This document shows, piece by piece, positions 35,623-44,106 of a stretch of DNA of 64,000 nt. The translations under genes and the position numbers were made by a program. The notes below the pieces were generated by a model. That model had not been told where the DNA came from. It saw nothing but the letters and a program-made list of their open reading frames with translations, and searched no databases. Each line of letters begins with the position of its first letter. Positions within the stretch are counted from its first letter, which is position 1. The DNA comes from Planctomycetes bacterium UBA7888 (GTDB lineage Bacteria > Planctomycetota > UBA1135): NCBI GenBank assembly GCA_002500505.1, contig DLRM01000043.1, forward strand, positions 125,623 to 189,622, in the 5' to 3' direction.

Positions 35623-37446
35623 ATGATTTCTCGCCCCCTCCTTTTCCTAACCCTTTTACTGGCATCACCCCTATTTTCCCAGGAAAGTCCCTGGATTTAC
35701 AATTCGAGCACCAAGCATTGGTACAAGATGACGCGCAGTATGTCTTGGCTCGATGCCGAGAATTCCGCTCTTAGCGTTCAGGGGCATCTCCTCTCCATTT
35801 CGGACTTCTATGAGAACGACTGGGTGTTCCAAACTTTTGGAGATTATGGCCCTTTGTGGATTGGTTTTAACGATGAACTTCAGGAAGGTGTTTGGGATTG
35901 GACTTCGGGAGATCGAATCACTTATCTCAAGTGGTCTCCAAATCAACCTAACGGAGGAGCCCTTCAAAATGCCGCAGCTATGCTTCCAACTGGCCATGCT
36001 GCTGCCTCTTCATGGTCAGATTTTCGCACTACCCAAAAGTTTCGAGGCGTCATCGAAATTAACTTTCACCCAGGTTTTTTATATGACAATGACGGGGACG
36101 GACTTACGGATGGAGAAGAAATTTCCTTATGGGGAACGGATCCTAAAGACCAAGACTCCGACGACGATGGCCTCTCTGATGGAGAAGAAGTTCTATATCC
36201 TCACCCTGCCTGGCACTGGAACGAATCCAATAATCACTGGTATCGCCTAAGCGCTTCGGGAACCTGGGATGAAGCCGAAGCGGAAGCCGTTTTGGCAGGA
36301 GGACATTTGGCCACAATCCGAAACGCCGCAGAAAACGATTGGCTTCTTCAAAACCTATATCGAGATTCGTGTAGTAGCAATCCGGATTTAAACGGACCTT
36401 GGATTGGTTTAAACGACACTCGAATTGAGGGAAGTTTCGAGTGGATTTCGGGCGAATTGACGACCTATCGGAATTGGCTCCCTGGCGAACCGAACTCTTG
36501 GCTTGGACAAGAAGATCATGTCCACATGTCCGCAAATGGTCAATGGAATGACCTTGGGCCTGAGATTTTATGTTGGGATCGCCTCCCTGGGATTATCGAG
36601 ATTGATTTTGAGCCACCTTTGCTGGGAACAGATCCTTTAAACCCGGACTCAGATGGGGACTCACTTCAAGATGGGCAAGAACTTGGCCGAGACCAAGGTT
36701 GGCCAGGAGATCCCGCAAACGGGATTGCTGGAACCGATTTGGCTTGGTTCCATCCGGATGCGGACCCGAGCACCACGACACACCCTCTGGACAATGACTC
36801 TGATGATGATGGCTTTGGTGACGGAGATGAAGACATCGATGCCGATGGTCAACAAGATTCTCATGAACTCGATGCAAGCTCCAAAGATACCGATGAAGAT
36901 GGTATTCAAGATGGAACTGAATCGGGCCTGACCCAAGGAACTCTCGGAACGAACCCACAGATTTTCAAGCCCGACAACGACCCTGTTACCGTGACGGACC
37001 CCCTTAATGCCGACAGTGATGGCGGAGGCCTGCTAGATGGCCTGGAGGACCGAGACAAGAATGGTCTTGTGGACTTGTTTGACACGGATCCAAACTTGCC
37101 TTCCGACGACCAATATGTTCTCGAAGTTGACCCCCTCTTTTTCCTAAGCATTGGTGGCTTGGCCAATTTTCAGGTGATTGACGCTCGTCCCTTCTCTCTT
37201 TGCCATGTCTTGTACTCACTTACAGGCTCGGGGCCAACCACTTTGCTCAATGGGCTGCAATTGGATTTAACTCCGCCCGCAACACCCTTTGCCGCCCTTT
37301 TCGTCTCCGGCCTCGGTCATGGCTCTAGAACGGTTCAAGTTCCCCTGACTGCCCCCATGGGCGCTCAAGTTTGGTTCCAGGCCATTGAATTTGATTCGGG
37401 TTCCCCGACTCGTATGTCGAACAACCTTTTACGCCTGCTTTACTAA
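35623..37446 (+). CDS. Secreted protein with two C-type lectin-like domains, thrombospondin-type-3-like Ca-binding repeats and a C-terminal shared module
   Basis: 607 aa with a signal peptide. CTLD1 is at 35719..36066 (WIGFNDELQEGVWDWTSG, QPN, WSD). CTLD2 is at 36238..36606 (WIGLNDTRIEGSFEWISG, EPN at 36487..36495, WND at 36544..36552). DxDxDG-rich repeats lie at 36082..36195 and 36622..37110. Confidence 0.8.
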   Translation: MISRPLLFLTLLLASPLFSQESPWIYNSSTKHWYKMTRSMSWLDAENSALSVQGHLLSISDFYENDWVFQTFGDYGPLWIGFNDELQEGVWDWTSGDRITYLKWSPNQPNGGALQNAAAMLPTGHAAASSWSDFRTTQKFRGVIEINFHPGFLYDNDGDGLTDGEEISLWGTDPKDQDSDDDGLSDGEEVLYPHPAWHWNESNNHWYRLSASGTWDEAEAEAVLAGGHLATIRNAAENDWLLQNLYRDSCSSNPDLNGPWIGLNDTRIEGSFEWISGELTTYRNWLPGEPNSWLGQEDHVHMSANGQWNDLGPEILCWDRLPGIIEIDFEPPLLGTDPLNPDSDGDSLQDGQELGRDQGWPGDPANGIAGTDLAWFHPDADPSTTTHPLDNDSDDDGFGDGDEDIDADGQQDSHELDASSKDTDEDGIQDGTESGLTQGTLGTNPQIFKPDNDPVTVTDPLNADSDGGGLLDGLEDRDKNGLVDLFDTDPNLPSDDQYVLEVDPLFFLSIGGLANFQVIDARPFSLCHVLYSLTGSGPTTLLNGLQLDLTPPATPFAALFVSGLGHGSRTVQVPLTAPMGAQVWFQAIEFDSGSPTRMSNNLLRLLY

Positions 37447-37476
37447 GCAAGCCTTGGGTTTGTGGCTTGAGCTGTC

Positions 37477-37501
37477 CCCAAGCACAGCGCTGGGTTTTTT
37501 C
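37477..37501 (+). terminator. Probable terminator of the lectin gene
   Basis: CCCA(A)GC-ACAGC-GCTGGG hairpin followed by TTTTTT. A second hairpin, TTTTCGG-CTTTTA-CCGAAAA, follows directly. Confidence 0.5.
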
Positions 37502-37625
37502 GGCTTTTACCGAAAATTTCGCTGGAATGTTGGGGGAAATCCAGCAGAACTACCACCCTCTACTGGGGTTCTCAAATATCCAAGGGCTTCGCAATTCGAT
37601 AGCTCCCCATTACCATTGAGTCATC

Positions 37626-38429
37626 ATGCTTGAAATCCTCCTCTTCGCTCCTCTTTGCCTCCCACTCCAGGACCCTCCAGACCCTGCACCTGCTCCCGAG
37701 GTCGAAAAAGTCGAAGTAGATGAAATCTCTCCTAAAGAAGCAATCGCTCAACTAAAAGAAGGTCTAGGTGGAAAAGACTATGCTGCCCAAGCAGCCCTCC
37801 TTGAAAACTTGGGCATGGTCCCGGATAAGGGCGTGGTCAAAGAAGTTAGCAAGGCCTTAAAATCAAAAGACCAAACCGTACAGCTTTCCGCTTTGATAGC
37901 TCTTCGATTCAATACAGACCCATCTGCTCTCGCTAGTCTTATTAAGCAAAAGAAAAATAAGAAAATCATCGATGTCGACGAGCTTGCCGAAGAGTACTAC
38001 TACGCCCTAGGGCAACACGGAAACAAAAAAGCGATTGATGTCTTAAGTAATGGGCTTTACTCCGGCGCAAAAAATTCAAAAATCATTCGTGCCCGGATTC
38101 TTTCTCTAGGTCACATTCGCCATGTAGATTCTTGTGAAGCCCTCATGAATTTGTTGAAATCTCGCGGCGGCAAGCGTGGTCACATGGGCCAAATGAGCGA
38201 ATTCCGAACCTCCATGGCGGTACTTACTGGAGAAGACAAAGGTGGCAACACAATTGATTGGATTCAGTGGTGGAACGACGCCAAAAAGTCATTGAAAATT
38301 TCAACAGACGAATGGCCTCTTGAAAAAAGGAATGCCCAGCGCCAATGGCTAACCCTTTGGGCGACTCCTCAAGAAAAAGAGGAGATGCGCAAGAAGGCCA
38401 AGGAGAAAAAACAAAATCCAGGCGACTGA
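37626..38429 (+). CDS. Exported HEAT-repeat protein
   Basis: 267 aa. Hydrophobic N-terminus then a Pro-rich linker. Repeated HEAT-like segments (VVKEVSKALKSKDQTVQLSALIALRF, KKAIDVLSNGLYS...RARILSLGHIRH). C-terminal LTGEDKGGNTIDWIQWW motif. Confidence 0.65.
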   Translation: MLEILLFAPLCLPLQDPPDPAPAPEVEKVEVDEISPKEAIAQLKEGLGGKDYAAQAALLENLGMVPDKGVVKEVSKALKSKDQTVQLSALIALRFNTDPSALASLIKQKKNKKIIDVDELAEEYYYALGQHGNKKAIDVLSNGLYSGAKNSKIIRARILSLGHIRHVDSCEALMNLLKSRGGKRGHMGQMSEFRTSMAVLTGEDKGGNTIDWIQWWNDAKKSLKISTDEWPLEKRNAQRQWLTLWATPQEKEEMRKKAKEKKQNPGD

Positions 38430-38439
38430 TTTCCCTTCT

Positions 38440-38802
38440 ATGCCTGAATTGGATGAGCTTCGTCTTGGAATCTTGCACTTCAACTTAGGCAAGTGGTACG
38501 AAGCCCATGAAGCCTGGGAAGAGAAGTGGATGGCCATGGGGGGAAGTGGGCGCGATTTCTACAAAGCCCTCATCCAAGTCGCCGTCGGCTTGCACCACTG
38601 GGAAAACCACAATCCAAGAGGTGGGCGCAAACTTGTTCAAAGGGGCAGGAATTTACTCCTTTCCTTCGCTCCAGAGCACTTAGGCGTTGCTCTATCCGAT
38701 TTCATTGTGGAATTGGACAGCTTCTGCCAACCGCTCGAAAACTGGGATGGAAAATCTGAGGTCCCTTTCCCTAAGCCGCAGCCACCCCGCCTAAAGGCTT
38801 AG
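38440..38802 (+). CDS. DUF309 domain protein
   Basis: 120 aa. G..HFN.G.WYEAHEAWEE.W...........YKALIQVAVGLHH...N..G matches the DUF309 pattern. Confidence 0.75.
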   Translation: MPELDELRLGILHFNLGKWYEAHEAWEEKWMAMGGSGRDFYKALIQVAVGLHHWENHNPRGGRKLVQRGRNLLLSFAPEHLGVALSDFIVELDSFCQPLENWDGKSEVPFPKPQPPRLKA

Positions 38803-40382
38803 CCTTTCAGCCAACGCCACAACTCCACTAATCGTGGCGCCTGTCCTGTACGCAGAATAGCTGTCCGGAACACCTTTCCGGCAAGCCATATGACAACAAC
38901 CACGGAAACAAATCCAAGGATTGTTGTACCAACTATATCAAACAGGGGTGGGTTGGCTGCAGCACGATTCAACATCACGAAAGGCGTGTAGATAGGAATC
39001 CAAGAGAGGACTGTGGCCAATGTCCCGTGTGGATCCTTAGGAATGAACATCATTGTCAAAAGGGGAACCATCATAATAATCATGACGGGCCCCATGAAGT
39101 TCTGAGCGTCTTTAATGGTGCTACACACACTTCCAATAGCCAGAAATATTCCACTATAAAGTAAGTAAGCCATGAGAAAGTAAGCAAGAAAAATCCATAA
39201 CAAGCCTGAATTTTCAATGATATCCAAGAGCTTCGTTACGAATTCGGCTTCGGGCCCAGCATGCCAATGCAAAATACCCAACAAGGCTGCAATCCAAGCA
39301 AATAACATCGTGAAACCGACGCAGGCAATTCCAAACAACTTACCCGCCATCAACTCGCCTGCGGTAACAGAAGAGAGTAGGACTTCTACGATTCGATTGG
39401 ATTTTTCTTCGACGGTATTATTTAATAGCATTTGGACAACAGACATCAAAGAAATCCAAAGCAAATAAACAAAGCCAATCGGAACATATTGCCGAATGGT
39501 GTCTGCTAGTGAAACTTCTTCTTCCCCTTCCTTCTTCTTGGGGTCCAAAGACACTACCGGAACTCTGTCCGATTGTATATTTTTAATCAATTCTTCATCC
39601 AGGCCTTCGGTTGCATACAAACGCCGCTGCAGCTCTCTGTCAAGAGCACGGCGAATGCTGTCCCGAAGGTCAAAGTCCGCCTGGTTAATCGACCAGTACT
39701 CCACTTCTTTGGGTCTCGCCCCCATAAGCTGTAGAAGGTTTGATTTTGAGGGAGTCAAAATTCCATCCGGAATTACAACTGCGGCAAACAAGTCCTTTTC
39801 GTCAGATGGATTCGATTCGTCCAGTCTTTCTTTCAGTAAGGCCCGAACTTCCTTGAAGGACTGATTCATATCCAGCCAATCGGGAGTTGGGATCCGAGAA
39901 AATTTTGGGCGCGGAGATTCAAAATCCGGTCGGTCTTCCACCAACACTCCACTATCCGCCATCATGCGAATCCAAGCCTTAGGGTCACTAGAATTCAAAA
40001 AGCCTTCAAATCGAGCATCCTCCTCTTGCCGCATGGATTTCATGGCATCTATCACCGAGGAAGGGATTTTTTCCAAATCCATTTCCTCAATTTGCTTTCG
40101 AGCAAATTCCTTTCGGGTGTGCTTACTCACATAATCAGATGCAGCACTAAATACGCGCCACTGATGAGAGCGATTCAGGCCTTGGTCAATCACGGCCTCA
40201 AGCTCTCCCGTAAAATCCGCCAAAACAAAATTGCGTGTCGGAGTTGCCTCTTCTTCCAAAAAGCGTGTGACCTTAATGGACGCCAGAAGAATTACTGGGA
40301 AAAGGAGAATCCCAATCCAGAACCCCTTGGTTTTTACATTTTCGAGATACTCGCGAACTGCAATCAGGTAGGCGTATCTCAT
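38799..40382 (-). CDS. ABC-2 type exporter permease (NatB-like)
   Basis: 527 aa. One N-terminal TM, a large extracytoplasmic region, then a C-terminal cluster of 5-6 TM helices. Overlaps the upstream ATPase gene by 4 nt. Confidence 0.75.
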   Translation of the reverse strand: MRYAYLIAVREYLENVKTKGFWIGILLFPVILLASIKVTRFLEEEATPTRNFVLADFTGELEAVIDQGLNRSHQWRVFSAASDYVSKHTRKEFARKQIEEMDLEKIPSSVIDAMKSMRQEEDARFEGFLNSSDPKAWIRMMADSGVLVEDRPDFESPRPKFSRIPTPDWLDMNQSFKEVRALLKERLDESNPSDEKDLFAAVVIPDGILTPSKSNLLQLMGARPKEVEYWSINQADFDLRDSIRRALDRELQRRLYATEGLDEELIKNIQSDRVPVVSLDPKKKEGEEEVSLADTIRQYVPIGFVYLLWISLMSVVQMLLNNTVEEKSNRIVEVLLSSVTAGELMAGKLFGIACVGFTMLFAWIAALLGILHWHAGPEAEFVTKLLDIIENSGLLWIFLAYFLMAYLLYSGIFLAIGSVCSTIKDAQNFMGPVMIIMMVPLLTMMFIPKDPHGTLATVLSWIPIYTPFVMLNRAAANPPLFDIVGTTILGFVSVVVVIWLAGKVFRTAILRTGQAPRLVELWRWLKG

Positions 40383-41308
40383 CGAACAGTGGCCTCCCTC
40401 GCTTCCGGTCCAACCATATGCACAAAGATGTCGTGAAGGCTCGGCTCGGAACGATCAAACCTGGTGAGGCGAATGCCCTTTTCGTAGGCTGCATCAAGGA
40501 GGTGATGCGGGTCCGCGTCTGGTTTGAGACGATATTCGTGAAGCCCTGGCTGATTGAGGTCCTCCTGGACCGATTTAACAAAGGGGAGTTGCTCCAAAGA
40601 ACTCAAGTCTCCGGCAGACTCTATTAGGACTCGCCGTGGCATTAGGGCTTTGGCCTCGTCCACCGTTCCATCAAACAAAGAGGCACCTTTGGCAATCAAA
40701 ACAAAGCGGTCACAAATCCTTTCCGCATGGGACATCACATGGGTTGAAAAAAGAACCGTTGCCCCCGCCGAACTCATATCTCGAATGACTTCTTCCATCA
40801 CCTCTTGATTGACAGGATCCAAACCCGAAAAAGGCTCGTCAAGAATTACGAATTCTGGCTTGTGAGCGATTGAAGCAAGGACTTGAACTTTTTGTTGCAT
40901 CCCTTTCGACAAAGCCTCAGTTTTTGATTCAGCAAAGTCTCCAAGGCCGTACTGCTCCAAAAGTTCGAAAGCACGAGTCTTCGCAGCTTTCCGGCCCATT
41001 CCCTTCAGCGAAGCAAAGTATGCAATCGTGGACCAGGCTTTCATTTTTTTGTAAAGGCCTTTTTCCTCTGGTAGATACCCTATACGGTCACGAACTTGAA
41101 GAGCCGAAGGTGCACCCAAAACGGAAATCGTGCCTGATGTTGGGCGAATGATTTCCAGAATCATTCGAAGGGTTGTCGTCTTCCCTGCCCCATTCGGGCC
41201 AAGAAAACCATATACGGAGCCCCGCGGAATGCGAAGCGAAAGCGAGTCTACAGCCTGAAAGTCGCCATAAAGTTTGCTAACAGATTCGAGAATTAGGGCG
41301 TCAGTCAC
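40379..41308 (-). CDS. ABC transporter ATP-binding protein (NatA/ABC-2 subfamily)
   Basis: 309 aa. Walker A GPNGAGKTT, signature LSKGMQQKV, Walker B FVILDEPFSGLD. Confidence 0.9.
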   Translation of the reverse strand: MTDALILESVSKLYGDFQAVDSLSLRIPRGSVYGFLGPNGAGKTTTLRMILEIIRPTSGTISVLGAPSALQVRDRIGYLPEEKGLYKKMKAWSTIAYFASLKGMGRKAAKTRAFELLEQYGLGDFAESKTEALSKGMQQKVQVLASIAHKPEFVILDEPFSGLDPVNQEVMEEVIRDMSSAGATVLFSTHVMSHAERICDRFVLIAKGASLFDGTVDEAKALMPRRVLIESAGDLSSLEQLPFVKSVQEDLNQPGLHEYRLKPDADPHHLLDAAYEKGIRLTRFDRSEPSLHDIFVHMVGPEAREATVR

Positions 41309-42648
41309 TTGGCCACAAGTTCGGTGTCCAACACAGGGGGCATTACTCTTGCTGCTGAGCAGGCGGCCTCAACGTCTTCAACAGTCTTCGGTGCCGCCAA
41401 GGTGAGGTTTTCATTGCCCCCGGGAGTAATCAAAATATCATCTTCAATTCGAATCCCCATTCCTCGCAAAGCTTTTGGAACACGCTCGTCATTTTCAGCA
41501 AAGTACAAGCCCGGCTCCACCGTCAAACACATTCCAGCCTCTAATGACCTGAACTCTTCCCCATTCTTGTAACGACCAGCGTCATGGACATCCAAGCCAA
41601 TCCAATGCGAAGTGTTATGCAGGTACCAAGGTTTGTAGAGCTCTTTCTCGACAATCTCCTCTACGGATTCTTTCAAAACTCCGAGCTCGACAAGGGATGC
41701 GCTCAGAGAACGGACTGCTGCCATATGCACTTCGTTAAAAGAGGCGCCAGGCTTGCAGGCGTCAATAGCGGCTAGTTCGGCCACCAAAACAGATTCATAT
41801 GCTGCCTTTTGATCAGGCATAAATTTCCCATTGACTGGAAAGGTTCGAGTAATGTCCGCTGCGTAGCAAGAAAATTCGGCACCAGCATCAATTAGGCACA
41901 AATCTCCATCCCGTAAAGTTTGATGGTTCGTGTTGTAGTGCAAAATACAAGCGTTCGAACCACCAGCAACAATGGCGGGATAAGACCAGCCATCACCACC
42001 GTTTCGGCGGAAAGTGTAATCCAGCAGGGCCTGAAGTTCCCACTCGCCCACACCCGAGGCGGCCTGAGCCATCGCCAAGATATGACCTTCCGCAGAAACA
42101 GCCGAAGCTTGCCGCATAAAGGAAAGCTCCTCCTCCGTCTTAAAGAGCCGCATTTCATGAAGAACGTGGGTCGGCTCAACAATCGCTTCCGGTGGATGAA
42201 TCCCCAATCGAGCCTTCATTCTTGAAGCAGTAACAGCACCAAGAACCTGCTTGTCTAAAGCCGCATTTTCGCCAATTCGATACCAAAGCCTTTTTGCCTT
42301 TTGGATGGCTTCTGGAATAAGCTTCGAAGCCTCTTCGAGGCACCAAGCCTCTTGAAAACCTAAAGTGCTTTTGGCTCCTTCAGGCCCCAAGCGAACGCCA
42401 GTCCACGTTTCCTTTTCCGCATCTTTGGGCAATACGAAAAGCCCATCATTTGGCAGGCCATCAATCCCCTTGGAAAGAAGAAGAATGCCATCGGCCTCGC
42501 CATGACCCGTCAGATACCAGTAGTCCGCTTGCTGGCGGAAGGGATATTCCACATCATGATTACGGGTGGCGAAAGAAGCACCAGGAAACAAGGCAAGGTC
42601 GCCCTCCTCCATTTGCTCCTGAAACGCGCGGCGGTGGTTAGCAAACAT
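41305..42648 (-). CDS. pepP: Xaa-Pro aminopeptidase (M24B)
   Basis: 447 aa. N-terminal creatinase-like domain. DLCLIDAGAEFSCYAADITRTFP, HWIGLDVHD, EPGLY and IRIEDD are metal-ligand motifs. Confidence 0.9.
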   Translation of the reverse strand: MFANHRRAFQEQMEEGDLALFPGASFATRNHDVEYPFRQQADYWYLTGHGEADGILLLSKGIDGLPNDGLFVLPKDAEKETWTGVRLGPEGAKSTLGFQEAWCLEEASKLIPEAIQKAKRLWYRIGENAALDKQVLGAVTASRMKARLGIHPPEAIVEPTHVLHEMRLFKTEEELSFMRQASAVSAEGHILAMAQAASGVGEWELQALLDYTFRRNGGDGWSYPAIVAGGSNACILHYNTNHQTLRDGDLCLIDAGAEFSCYAADITRTFPVNGKFMPDQKAAYESVLVAELAAIDACKPGASFNEVHMAAVRSLSASLVELGVLKESVEEIVEKELYKPWYLHNTSHWIGLDVHDAGRYKNGEEFRSLEAGMCLTVEPGLYFAENDERVPKALRGMGIRIEDDILITPGGNENLTLAAPKTVEDVEAACSAARVMPPVLDTELVAK

Positions 42649-42674
42649 CCCTCGCAGAATACCGTCTCCAGCTT

Positions 42675-44033
42675 CTAAGAAACAGGGTCAGACTTCTGCG
42701 CTTCAGGTATTTGGGGTCTCTCCGCCATTTGATTCCGTTTTAGGGAAACAAAAAGGCGGGCAAGTTCAGGATCAAAATGCGTTCCAGCGTCCTTCTCAAT
42801 GATTCCCAAGGCCTTTTCAATCGAAAATGCAGGCTTGTAAGAGCGCTCGGTCGTCAAGGCGTCGAAAGCATCGGCAATGCAACAAATGCGACCCTCAAGG
42901 GGAATCGAATCCCCGGAAACTCCAAGAGGGTACCCCTTGCCATCCCATCGCTCGTGGTGACTGCGAGCAATGTCGGAAATATCCCGTAAGCCAGGAATCG
43001 CAGACAAAATGCGATCGCCAGCGTTTGGGTGTTTCCGCATCAAGTCAAATTCTTCGTCATCAAGTGCACCCTGCTTGCAAAGAACGGCATCGGGGACAGC
43101 AACTTTCCCGATGTCATGGAGCAAGGCCCCTAACCGTAATGTTTCAAGGCGCTCGGTATCGAAGTTCATCCATTCAGCCATTTCAACACAATACTTTGCG
43201 ACTCGGTGGCTATGACCGCTGGTATAGCGGTCTTTTGCTTCCACGGTTCGCGCTAGGGCAAGAGCAGTTTCTACATATACTTTTTGGACGCGCACCGAAG
43301 AATCCATTAAAGAGTCCAAAGTTTGGTTCGTTGCTTTTGCTAAGCACTTCATTTCGGCACTCCCTTCAACTGCGGCTCGATGACAAAAGTCTTCTCGACC
43401 TACGCGTTCAAGAGAATGGAAAACGGATCGAATTGCCCGAAAACTCCTCCGCAACCAAATCCAAGAAACGACAAATGCAATGCAAGCGGCAAGCGTAGTT
43501 GCCCTTCCTAGTGAGTTGAACCACGCCGGCTTCGGGAGAATTTTACGAATACGAATTTCACCAAGAGAAGTCATTCGACCTTGAAGGGGAATTCGCACTT
43601 CCAAGCAACGGCTCCCAGACTCTTTCCCTATCCAAATTCCGCTATTTATTGCCCGAGGAGTTGCCAAGTTAGGGCTCCCTTGGCTCACTCCCCAACGAGA
43701 AGTCAGTTCACCCTGAGCACTCCAAAAGAGAACTGCATCTGCATGAAGTGACTGACCAAGCTCAGCTAAATTCTTTTCTAGAGCAATGGGCTGGCCTGTT
43801 TCTTTGGCCATCGAATTCGTCTGAAGAAGGGCAGCGCGTTGGATATGGGCTCCTTGAACTTTGGCCAGCTCCCTTGCCTCCTGAAAGGCCAACCAATCGC
43901 CACTCCACCAAACCGACATCGCCACCAAAAAGGAAGTCATCAACGCCCCACGGAAAGGGGTTGATGCAAAAAAACCAGGCAGAGAAGCCCGGCGCCCCGA
44001 AGTTGGGTGTCGTTGCTGAAAGGTGGAACTCAC
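42675..44033 (-). CDS. Membrane-anchored HD-GYP domain protein (putative c-di-GMP phosphodiesterase) with an extracytoplasmic sensor region
   Basis: 452 aa. Two TM segments flank a ~130-aa region. HD-GYP core: HSHRVAKY, LGALLHDIGKVAVP, HHERWDGKGYP. Confidence 0.85.
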   Translation of the reverse strand: MSSTFQQRHPTSGRRASLPGFFASTPFRGALMTSFLVAMSVWWSGDWLAFQEARELAKVQGAHIQRAALLQTNSMAKETGQPIALEKNLAELGQSLHADAVLFWSAQGELTSRWGVSQGSPNLATPRAINSGIWIGKESGSRCLEVRIPLQGRMTSLGEIRIRKILPKPAWFNSLGRATTLAACIAFVVSWIWLRRSFRAIRSVFHSLERVGREDFCHRAAVEGSAEMKCLAKATNQTLDSLMDSSVRVQKVYVETALALARTVEAKDRYTSGHSHRVAKYCVEMAEWMNFDTERLETLRLGALLHDIGKVAVPDAVLCKQGALDDEEFDLMRKHPNAGDRILSAIPGLRDISDIARSHHERWDGKGYPLGVSGDSIPLEGRICCIADAFDALTTERSYKPAFSIEKALGIIEKDAGTHFDPELARLFVSLKRNQMAERPQIPEAQKSDPVS

Positions 44034-44106
44034 TACACTGCTATCGTCAAAAGGTCTCCCCCACCTTTAGCCCAAGGACCTAGCCCTTAAACCCTTAGCA
44101 CATAAG

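Noticed and set aside
44034-44106. Short TAGCCC/CCCTTA repeats in the HD-GYP / DUF481 divergent region as an operator
   Set aside because: The repeats are only 6 nt long, irregularly spaced, and within chance expectation for a 73-bp region.
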